From Octopus sinensis (taxonomy: Eukaryota): a stretch of 64,000 nucleotides of DNA. The notes under the pieces are model-generated. The model worked only from the letters and a program-made list of their open reading frames with translations, searched no databases and was not told the origin of the DNA. The stretch is from NCBI RefSeq assembly GCF_006345805.1, contig NC_042998.1, positions 43,152,001-43,216,000 on the forward strand, given 5' to 3'. This document shows positions 53,411 through 64,000 of this stretch, piece after piece; the first letter of the stretch is position 1, and each line of letters starts with the position of its first letter. Made by a program: the position numbers and the translations under genes.

Positions 53411-54499
53411 ATATATATATTATATATATATATATATTATATATATATATGCACACATCTATTTATATACATATACGCACGTCTATATATGCATACATAT
53501 ACATATATATATATATATATATATGCATATATACATATACATATATACATACACATATATGCATATGTTCACATATATATAAATAATTAAATGGAGTTAA
53601 ACGCAGATGTTATTAAAATTCTGTTACTTCCGACACATGTTTCGAAGATATCACAGGTATTATTACCCCCTAGAAATATTAATAACAATTACAACAGTAT
53701 CAAGTTTATGTCAAGTAACTCTAAAATTTAAAATTCTATATACCAGTGTAAAATTACTACTGGTAATGAAGTATATTTTTATATAGGAAGCACATCTTCT
53801 CACCTATCTAAAAGACTTTCCAATCATTACTCTACATTTAGGGATAGGAATAAACGTAACAGTACAGGGTTTAGTAAATTAATTTAGGATCTAAAAGACC
53901 ACAACAAACAATTTAATTTAGATTGGTTGATTCTCTCAATCTCGATACCTTATGACAAAGTCAAAGGATTCTGAACTATTTTTTATTCTTTTTTCTAAAA
54001 AATCCCCTTGTAAACACAGTTATAGAGCGTCCATACCGATGTAAACATTGGCAGAAGCACACCTTTAGTTCATATATATATATATCTGTGTGTGTGACTT
54101 TATCCCTCACCACCGCTGGAATCGGAAAACTGAAACAAAGATAAACGGCACACACATTCATAAATACACACGATTTATATATGGTAAATCAAATCTCTAT
54201 TTTTTAGTCGGTATTCATCTACTTAAACAGCCAGTTTTTCTACGAAATTCAAACCTAGTGAACATAACTTAGTTAGAGGGACGGACAAGCAGAGACGTAT
54301 GGAGACACACTGCTAATTATATTAGTAGATTACTCAAGAAGGAATTTAGCTAAGATGTGGGTTTCACGAAAACTGATCTTGAGCATAGCAATCGTTTAAT
54401 GATTGAAATGACAGCTACTTCGTGTCATACTGTAAGAATTGTAATTTTAACAATGAGGCCAACATTGCTGGAACGCTTGTAAAAAATAAATTCACTTAC

Positions 54500-54640
54500 A
54501 ACGACGTTCATTTCATTTCGTTACTGTGTTTTTTTTTTCATTGGATTCTTTCTGTTTGTAAAACTGTTTCGCTATGCCATTTTCAGCCAACCAAATCTAC
54601 ACTAGCATAAACTCACAGACAGAAACGCTCGTCAATAATA
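54500..54640 (-). other. Candidate first exon of a leftward gene (5' UTR + ATG AAC GTC GTT)
   Basis: Donor GTT|GTAAGT at 54500/54499; ATG at 54511; TGACGTA (CRE-like) at 54677-54683; left boundary firm, right boundary a guess. Confidence 0.3.
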
Positions 54641-55671
54641 ACCTGACTCTCTTATATTACGTAGAGTACTTTTTCGTACGTCATGCTTAGAGATTACCCG
54701 AAGAAAGAAAAAAAAGTGAAACAATATTTATTATTAGCTTCCATTATACTGTTAAAATGATTCTCTTTCTGAAGTTCTGCAGCTGTAGGTGACAATATGC
54801 ATACTGGAACAGTTTAAATGATCTAACATCAGTATGTTTTCTTCTTTCCCTTGCTGAGTACGATTTATGAATTTACGGTCAATTAGTGCTGAATACGTCA
54901 GTTGTTGTGAGATCACTGACATTAAAATAACGTCAAGCTAGGCTAGTGCTAAGAAGTCGGCTTTTCAGGAACCTAGTTGGAAACTAGACAAGTAGGAGGT
55001 GAGTTATTTAGAATAAAATAATTAAGGTTTCATTAACCAAAAAAAAAAAAAAAAAAAAGAAAGGAAAGAGAAATTAGGTTGAGAGACGTACTTAGAGAAT
55101 CTCAATTGATTAAAACAACTCTATCGACCGCGAATAGATAAAAATAAATCCGGTTTATTTTATCACTTTTTTTCTCTAGATCTTATATAAACATTCCAAT
55201 TAGATATTATACATTTGGGAGGTGGCCTAATAACAGTTTATGGTTAAAAGAGAAATGGAGAGAGGGGAATCTTTACATTAATATGATATTTGAGTCGTTG
55301 ATAAAGTTGCCTTTACGAAATTATTTCAGCTCATGCGTTACAGTTTTCCACGGAACGAATTTGTACTGTTGCATCAGAGTATCATTATCTTTGTTTCATA
55401 ATTAGGAAATATTAACCTGTCTAGTTAGTTAATGTTTTGATAAATCTATAGAAAAAAAAGAAAAAGAAAGAAAAATGAAGGATGTAAAGTATCACTTGTA
55501 CGCTTCATGGTACTTTCTAGACTAGTTGGTTTTCTGAAAAGAAACCAAATAATTAAAATTTGAAATACTACCTGAGATATTTGAGTCAGATTGAAATGCT
55601 AGTTTTAGTAATATAGGCACACAGGAAACCTTTTATTGAAGTTGTTAACTACGTGCAGTTTAACCCTTGTA

Positions 55672-55800
55672 TTCTTATATTTGTTTCAGTCATTTGACTG
55701 CGGCCATGCTGGAGCACCGTCTTTAGTCGAACAAATTGACCCCAGCACTTATTCTTTGTGAGCCTAGTACTTATTCCGTCGGTCTATTTTGCCGAACCGT
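55672..55800 (-). mobile_element. SINE family 1, 3' fragment (another at 57700-57835)
   Basis: TTGTTTCAGTCATTTGACTGCGGCCATGCTGGAGCACCG. Confidence 0.85.
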
Positions 55801-56164
55801 TACAGTATATTCGGTGCTGTTTCAGTTTTTGCTGTGAAATGACCTGATCTGGGTTACAGTTTATTTTGGGGGGTTTAGAGATTTCGCATTGGTTATCTGA
55901 TGAGAAGCACGATGAAACGCTTGCTTCGCAGTCTTTAACATCTTTTCCATCGGTATCCTTGATATTTCAACCTTTAAAAATAATGACTTAATCAGAATAT
56001 ATAGGGTAGCGCCCATTATCCCTTGTTTTTCAGCGTCTCAAGATTGTTGTGAAGAAGGGAAACATTTGTCCTCAAACCAGCATGGTATGAAAAAATTGGG
56101 TGTGGCTGTTTGGACGCTGATGATTTGGCACGGCTGACTTGTTTTGGTGACTACGTTTTGCCAG

Positions 56165-56217
<53 letters not shown>

Positions 56218-56659
56218 ATGCATTTGATGTAAAAAAATTAGCGTCATATTAGTGATGCCAGATAGATAGTGCCAACGCGAGTGTACCGTAGTGTCTCTTG
56301 CCCAACCAGGGACTTTATGTGAATGCTTGTAACAGAGTAGACTCCGTTAAAAGCACCCAAGGGACAGTTGGTTCTGTTAATCGGGCGACGGTCAAAGTCT
56401 TCTATCGAAGAACAGGAACAATCCTTAGTTGGACTCCCTTCGGTTTCCGATTAACAAAATTGGATCTAGTCTTTTTCATTCGCAAGATGTGCCCCCTTTA
56501 ATTTTGCTCAGAATGCTTTCAATTTTGGTGTATCGTTTCAACTCTGAATTTTGATTACGATCAACCAGTTACTTTAAAGAATCTGATGTCATTTGGAATT
56601 AAAGTTGGGAAATTTCGGTAATTTTAGTTAATCAACAGACAGCGTGGCATTAGCAGTTG

Positions 56660-56673
56660 GTTACCATGACAAC
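56660..56673. promoter_or_regulatory. RFX X-box motif
   Basis: GTTACCATGACAAC fits GTNNYY-AT-RRNAAC, in unique and relatively CpG-rich sequence. Confidence 0.4.
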
Positions 56674-59600
56674 CGCACGCTGTTGTTTGTGCCGCTGTTG
56701 TCTATGTTGATTTTTCCCACTTGATTCTTCACACCACGAGATTCTTTTCACCCGCGTGTTTTGTTTTAATTTTTCTGTGTTAGTATATTACATATTTTCT
56801 GTGCTTCTGTGTGGTAGGATTTTTACACATATTTTCATTTCATATAATTTTGGGACTCATTGGCTCAGATAGCTTGATTTATGATTTCACTTGGTTAATT
56901 CTGTTAATAAAAAATTAAACTAGGAGTATTTCTTAAACAGTTAGCTTCACATTTCAACAGCTTAACTGAAATTTAGCCCACGTAACAGGAACTGAGAGGG
57001 ATATAGTGGAACAGAGAAACTTTGGGTGATACAGATATTGAACATTATTTTTGAATTCTGCATGCAAAAGCGTATAAGATACAGGTATTCTTTTCCTTGG
57101 AACAAATACTTTGTTGACCTGTGTTATTCTTATCGTAGTTTACAAATCCAAGCATGAAAACGATACTCAACTTTGGAGTTTTGGAGACAGACGTACACAC
57201 ACATACACACACGAATGCATAAATGTAGATATAAACATGTATGAATACATGCATCCACATGCACTTATATATTAATGATGCACACAAAAACATGACAGGT
57301 ATACATAATACTGAAATACGCATTAATTAAACACATGCAGACAAATATATTTATATAACAAATTTAGAAAATAAAAACATACAATCAATGAAAAGACGGA
57401 AGAAACAGTAAAATGATACATGTTGATTTTATTGGGTATTTCTGTTTATTTAGAAACCTACAATAAACGGGTCATGTCACAAGCGTTAAACTATAAATTT
57501 CACAGGATACAACCTGAAAGTCGACACCGCTCCACTAACCGCAGAAAATTTCTGTCTCGCTATTGGCTAAAACTACAGAGGTTTCCGATCTTTAAACCTC
57601 TGTAATTCTTTCCTCCATTTTTTTTATCTCCACAACATCATCTCCTCATAGTATTGAGACTGGACAACTACTTTATTGTAGCCAATTTTCAGATTTTTTA
57701 CTTCTCTCTCTTTTACTCTTTTTACTTGTTTCAGTCATTTGACTGCGGCCATGCTGGAGCACCGCCTTTAGTCGAGCAAATCGACCCCGGGACTTATTCT
57801 TTGTAAGCCCAGTACTTATTCTATCGGTCTCTTTACATATTTTGCGAATGAAAAAGTTTAGCTACAAAGTTTAGCCACAAGACATTGTTTGATCGGCCTA
57901 TGGTAGAAGACACTTATCTAAGCCACCATGCATTGGGATCGGACGTAGAACTATGCATTTGCCATACTTACACCCTGAAACCTTTAATTGTCCAAGCTAT
58001 TGATTGAATCATCTGTACTGCACCACACACTGTGTTTTGATATACAAGTGCAAAAATATATTTAGTGTTATGCAGCTGAATTCAAAAGTTTTCTTTATGT
58101 TTTAATATATTATTGTGCATTTGGAAAGCAATCTATGTTATAAACTCAAAATAAGAGCAATGAGTTGACAAAAACAGCCGTTGAGTGGGTTAAATGCCAT
58201 AAAATAACTTAGTCATACCTCTCTGTTCATACTCTACTTGAATTGCTTTCCTTCTATCCCGGGACTATAAAATATATACCATCAATATATTTTTTCGATT
58301 TAATCGGCTGTATTCCTTTAATACAAAGGAGGCCTGATAAACAGTATACTCTTATTTGAAAATACTCAGTATCAGTAAAATATTGACACTAACTGTTTTA
58401 TCTAAACTAAATGCAATACACGTGACATATTTAGGATACTGAGCGCACGATCGTGAGTTCGCTACCTAGACAGAGTGCAGTTTTATGACCTTGGGCATGG
58501 TATTTTATTTCGTTTTATTTTAATTGCAAACCAGTACCAGCTGAGTGTTGAATAGAGTGAGGTTCTGTATTTCATGGATGCGAGAAAATGGAAGATGTAA
58601 CATTATAATGCCTTTTCTAATTGCATTACAAAACACAAATGAAATAACTTTATAGTTTGAAACCACATCGCAGTTTCAGCTTAACAATAGCTTACTCCTT
58701 GCTTTATACAACGCTGCTCAGGGTCAAACTATATATTGCAATGCATTTAGTTCGGCGCTGTACTTTTTCTTCGCTAACTCATAATTCTTATGAATAAAAA
58801 ATATATATACATTAATGAAAAATGATTTTATACTCAACCACTGAAAGAATCGTCACAGAAGGCATTCTTTATTTGCTGAATTAAATACTTGAATGTATGT
58901 TAAACATTAATTAAACATTTAAATACATTAATTTAGAATCAAGAACCGATTATACTTTCCACTCAAACGTTGCCAATTATGCAGTTGTTTTAATGAAAAC
59001 TTAAGATGACTTGATATTTTTTTAATGTTCCTTAATTAGAACAAACTTAGATGTTTAGTGCCGCTTTCGACTGAAAACTGTCTACATGGTAATTATTCTG
59101 AGATTAGCAAATTTGAGCCAGAAAATAAAATATAGCAATTAAAAAAGAAAACAAACAAACTGAGTAGGCATTTGCTTACGGTTAATTATGTAGATAGTAG
59201 CCGTATCACGAAAGAAGAACCGTATGTTACTTTATTTAAAGCATACCTTCAATACTTGTTTGCTTCTTGAGTGAAATACCTTTAAAAGTAGATCTTACAA
59301 AAACTATTTCTATTTTCATATATTACAAAGGCCAGATAAATCAAATTTCAAATTCGACGATGATTAATATCTTTTAAGTATACACTTTATCGAAAATATA
59401 ACTTTAAAACCAAGTGAAAATGAAAATAATTTATCTCTAGAGACTCTTGTTGACCCAATATAAAATTCGAAGAATTTTAATGCCGATGGAAAAACAGGCT
59501 AGAGCTAATCATTCTGGGTAACATGTTTTTCGTAGATGTCAGTTATTAATCCCTTAAGACTTGGTGTTCATTTTAGGCATCTAAGAAAATTGAAACCATA

Positions 59601-59775
59601 GAATTTAGATGCAATAAAATTCTTGAACATGAGTCTAAAGCGCATTATTACTTTAATACATATGAATTTAGCCATTACATTTATACTTCAACTTTTTATT
59701 AATTATCAGAAATTAAAATAATGTCTATAATTAATCAATATTCCATGAGGCTGCGAGCTGGTAGAATAATTATTA

Positions 59776-60158
59776 GGCACAGGAATGGCTGTGTGGTAAG
59801 TAGCTCGCTTACCAACCACATGGTTCCGGGTTCAGTCCCACTGTGTGACACCTTGCGCAAGTGTCTTCTACTATAGCCTCGGGCCGACCAAACCCTTGTG
59901 AGTGGATTTAGTAGACGGAAACTGAAAGAAGCCCGTCGTATATATATATATGTGTTTGTGTGTCTGTGTTTGTCCCCCCAACATCGCTTGACAACTGATG
60001 CTGGTGTGTTTACGTACCCGTAACTTAGCGGTTCGGCAAAAGAGACCGATAGAATAAGTACTAGCCTTGCAAAGAATAAGTCCTGGGGTCGATTTGCTCG
60101 ACTAAAGGCGGTGCTCCAGCACGGCCGCAGTCAAATGACTGAAACAAGTAAAAGAGTA
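59776..60158 (+). mobile_element. SINE family 1
   Basis: Full-length copy. Confidence 0.92.
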
Positions 60159-60982
60159 AATAGTGTCGGACAAAATGTTGAGCAGCATTTCTCCCGGTTC
60201 TTTATGTTGAGGTCAACTCTGTCTTTGAGCCTTTCGGTGCTGATAAAAGAAGTACTAGTTGAGCAGTGGAGGTCGAGGTAATCAACTAATTTCCCGCTCG
60301 GCACCCAAATTTCAGGCCCTGTGCCTATAGTAGAAAGGATTAGTAATTTATAAAGAACTTTGCTTACGTTGCACGGTAGGACAAAGTTTGATAAAAATCA
60401 GTTATTACAATAAAGTAAAAGAAATATTATACACCAAGTAAGAGAAAAAGAACCTATCAGATTGACCATGAGGCTAATGATGTAGTACGATTTCTTTTCA
60501 CGTTTATATGTTAATTTTTACATGCTATTGTCAAAAAGTAAGAATCAAGACTCTTCATAATCTTCGAGACGATTGGAAGGAAATTATCTTTAGATCGGGA
60601 ACTCGGCCCGATTGTGTGCTGCAAGGTAGATACAACCAAAATTTAGGCGGCGCTGTTAAACCGAGCGATGAATTACTGTTAATAAAAGTATATAGCAGTA
60701 TATTTTAGCCCCAAAATAGTTGTCTAAAAGCAAGTAACGACATCACTCTTCTATAACCGATCAGTTTTTACATGTATCGTTTCATAAATTAGTCTCAGTA
60801 ACGGTAAGACCATTAGTTGACACCTATAGCCAAACTGTGATCTGCGAGAGTCTCTGTATGACACACCAACGAAAAATTACCTTGATTTTCTGTTTTTCTT
60901 TTTAGTTTTGATGATCATCCATGTCACATGCGGCTCTCTTCTCGAAAAAGGCTACCTATGCCTGAGTTAGAATATAAATATA

Positions 60983-61594
60983 CAGAGTGTCTCCAAAGTC
61001 ACTGATAGGTTTCAATTTTTAATAAATTCCTTAACTTTACAAATAAATGCATGAAATTTTGATACAATATAAAGGACATAATGGAAATTAAGGCGGTATT
61101 AATACATAATGGAAATTAAGGCGGTAAGCTGGCAGAATCGTTAGCACGCCGGGCGAAATACTTAGCAGTATTTCGTCTACCGTTAGGTTTCTGAGTTCAA
61201 ATTCCGCCGAGGTCGACTTTGCCTTTCATCCATTCGGGGGTCGATAAATTAAGTACCAGTTACGCACTGGGGTCGATGTAATCGACTTAATCCGTTTGTC
61301 TATCCTTGTTTGTCTCCTCTATGTTGAGCCCCTTGTGGGCAATAAGGAAATTTATATGCACAAGTCAAATATTGCAACATCACTACATCACATATGAAAA
61401 ATGAGTTCGTTTAAATAGCAGACATTTAAGCGATGTCATTTTTCATATTTGATGTAGTGGCGTTGCAAAATTTGACTTATGCATATTAATTTCCATTGTG
61501 TCCTTTATATTGTATCAAAATTTCATGCATTTATTTGTAAAGTTAAGGAAGTTATTAAAAATTGAAACCCATCAGTGACTTTTGAGACATCCTG
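60983..61594. mobile_element. Tc1/mariner-type palindromic MITE interrupted by a SINE
   Basis: TA|CAGAGTGTCTC...GAGACATCCTG|TG; with the SINE removed the element is a near-complete hairpin with a loop of about 30 nt. Confidence 0.88.
61120..61349 (+). mobile_element. SINE family 2 nested in the MITE
   Basis: Full-length; GGAAATT on both sides. Confidence 0.9.
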
Positions 61595-61897
61595 TGTATC
61601 TCTATCAAAGAACTATAAAAAAAGACAACCCCCACCCCAAAAAAACCCAGTGGTCCGAGTTATCTCACTATTTTATGTTGTGTTGCCTGTAGAGTTAAAA
61701 TTATGTCAAAGTGGCATTAGCGTATGAAAACTCCAATAATGGTTTGGAGACTTCCTGGCAAACATTAGGTCTTATGTTTTAAATAGTTTGAATTCAAAGC
61801 AAGTGTAAAAACGTTTGTTTTGAATTTAAACATAATACTCGATAACCGAGTTCATAACTACAACTTTCTCGTCATTACAACCCATATAATGTATCAT

Positions 61898-62205
61898 GTG
61901 GAGGTGCAATGGCCCAGTGGTTAAGGCAGCGGAGTCGCGGTTGTAGAATCGCGGTTTCGATTCCCAGACCGGGCATTGTGAGTGTTTATTGAGCGAAAAC
62001 ACCTAAAGCTCCACGAGGCTCCGACAGGGGTGGTGGCAATCCCTGTTGTACTCTTTCGCCACAACTTTCTCTCACTCTTTCTTCTGTTGGCTTGCTCGCT
62101 TAGCCAGCAGGGTGCGTAATTTGAAGGCTAAAAAACAATGCGAAGCGCATTGTGACCAGCGATGTGTAGCAACATCTGATAGCCTGGTCGGTCACGGTGA
62201 CGGTG
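61898..62205 (+). mobile_element. tRNA-derived SINE family 4
   Basis: TGGCCCAGTGGTTAAGG / GGTTTCGATTCCC A and B boxes; CGGTGA tail; 12-bp TSD ATAATGTATCAT. Confidence 0.9.
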
Positions 62206-62850
62206 ATAATGTATCATAGTACACAATGGATTTTTACTTGAATGGTTTAAATATTTTATATTGGAACGATTTAAGTATCTCCGGATCAAGACCATTTGAT
62301 TCATGAACCATAACTATTTTGAAACAGAAACAGAAGTTCTTACTACATATATATATATAGTGATACCCGATATCAGGCAACTAGTGTATATTTTTAGTAC
62401 CCCTAAATAACTCTTAAATTGCTCAGTTTTTATAGGTAATTCTAGCTTAAGATGAGTTACAAAACAAGCTGGAAAAAAAATCCCAAAATGCAATACAGAA
62501 TATAGAAATTAATACGATACAAGAAGGCATAATTAGCCTTGTTCTAATGAAAGCACACTTAGCCATGTTTTTGCTGAATGAGACGTACACTGATCTTAAG
62601 CGCAACCAGACCCACATGTTCTCTCTGAGTTATTGCATCTAAGTTATTTTAAAGCAAAACAAACTATATATCTATTCTTCTATAGATAAAGGGGGGGAAA
62701 GGCGTCTCTTCGAATATCGTATGCAAAATCAAAGTATTCTTTGCATGCGGATTACAGTTTATATATTCTCTATAAGAGATTTTATTAATTTAGATCACAT
62801 TTCATTGTTTTATCTTTTTAGAAAACATATATTCTCAAAAACTCAACATA

Positions 62851-63017
62851 GGCGTAGGAGTGGCTGTGTAGTAAGTAGCTTGCTTACGAACCACATGGTT
62901 CCGGTTTCAGTCCCACTGCGTGGCACCTTGGGCGAGTGTCTTCTACTATAGTCTCGGGCCGACCAAAGCCTTGTGGGTAGATTTGGTAGACGGAAACTGA
63001 AAGAATCCCGTCGTATG

Positions 63018-63079
<62 letters not shown>

Positions 63080-63300
63080 CATGTGTGTGTATAAGTTTGT
63101 GTGTCTGTGTTTGTCCCCCCAACATTGCTTGACAACCGATGCTGGTGTGTTTACGTCTCCGTAACTTAGCGGTTCGGCAAAGGGGAACCGATAGAATAAG
63201 TATTAGGCTTACAAAGAATAAGTCCTGGGGTCGATTTCCTCGACTAAAGGCGGTGCTCCAGCATGGCCACAGTCAAATGACTGAAACAAGTAAAAGAGTA
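62851..63300 (+). mobile_element. SINE family 1
   Basis: Full-length copy; another head starts at about 63955. Confidence 0.92.
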
Positions 63301-64000
63301 TATACAAGGATAGTCAACTTCTTGTATAGAGTAACAATTTACATTACACAAGCTATGGAATAGCGTTCGGAAAGGTGTTCTGCACTGTACGAAACCATAG
63401 GATTTCCCAAACCAACTGAAATTTTTAACGCGTTGTAGCTTAGAGGTAAGTTCCTAGTGAGACGAGTGGTTTCACTTCTCACTTGAAGCTAAATTTACTT
63501 TACAGACATCACTAATGCCCCCGGGGAAGGTACTATATGTTACAAATTCACATATTTCTTCTCTGAAAAATAAAGATTCATTTACAAGCCAATAAGAGAA
63601 CCTCTATGTGGTTGCTCCACCTGCTGGAAATAACAATCAAAATTACTTCAAATATCTTACCATCTTAAAAGGTGAGGGACACGTTGGATGATGTAGTTCT
63701 AGAAACACAGTACTCGTGTGTGACTGATTGGATGGACTTCGGTGGAACTTCTTTGATCATAGGACTATTCAGTCATTGATGATAGGGAGCTAAACAGTGG
63801 CCAGCAACAATAGTAACGATAAAAACAACAGTCATAATAAACCAAGCTAAAAAACCCTAATGTTAATATAGATACCTTAATAGTTTAGGAAGGAAAAAAA
63901 GACAGTAATAAACCAAGCATAAATTTTCAAAGTAACTATTACAAGTTCAAAGTGTGTAGCTGTGTGCGAAAATGCTTGCTTCATAACCACATGGTTCCGG

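Noticed and set aside
55897-55945. CTGATGA-GAAGCACGAT-GAAAC hammerhead-like string
   Set aside because: Stem II is only one G-U pair, stem I does not pair at the junction, and there is no second copy; likely chance
61898-61975. tRNA gene
   Set aside because: A/B boxes continue into a SINE body with a TSD; no complete cloverleaf. The same applies to the other SINE heads

Overview
AT-rich, repeat-saturated eukaryotic DNA with no confidently identifiable host protein-coding gene. The SINE families and huge (TA)n/(TACA)n tracts match my recollection of octopus genomes; this is recall, not a database hit. Most ORFs in the supplied track are microsatellite artefacts. Decayed autonomous elements: a hAT-Buster element with both TIRs and an 8-bp TSD (19703-22254), a 5'-truncated CRE-clade retrotransposon with RT and restriction-like endonuclease (10075-12205), a maT/mariner transposase remnant, Penelope-like RT/GIY-YIG fragments, and CR1/Jockey-type and RTE LINE fragments. 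Non-autonomous elements: Helitrons, MITEs (mariner, hAT, GG-terminal Merlin/MULE-like, one family carrying TTAGGG repeats) and four tRNA-derived SINE families. The main unexplained signal is about 15 minimal type-I hammerhead-ribozyme-like motifs from several unrelated short repeat families. Three of these sit in foldback palindromes next to (TA)n, with a motif facing outward on each strand. One carries an apparent compensatory G3:C8 swap of the catalytic core (30870-30920). All ribozyme calls are by-eye folds and untested.
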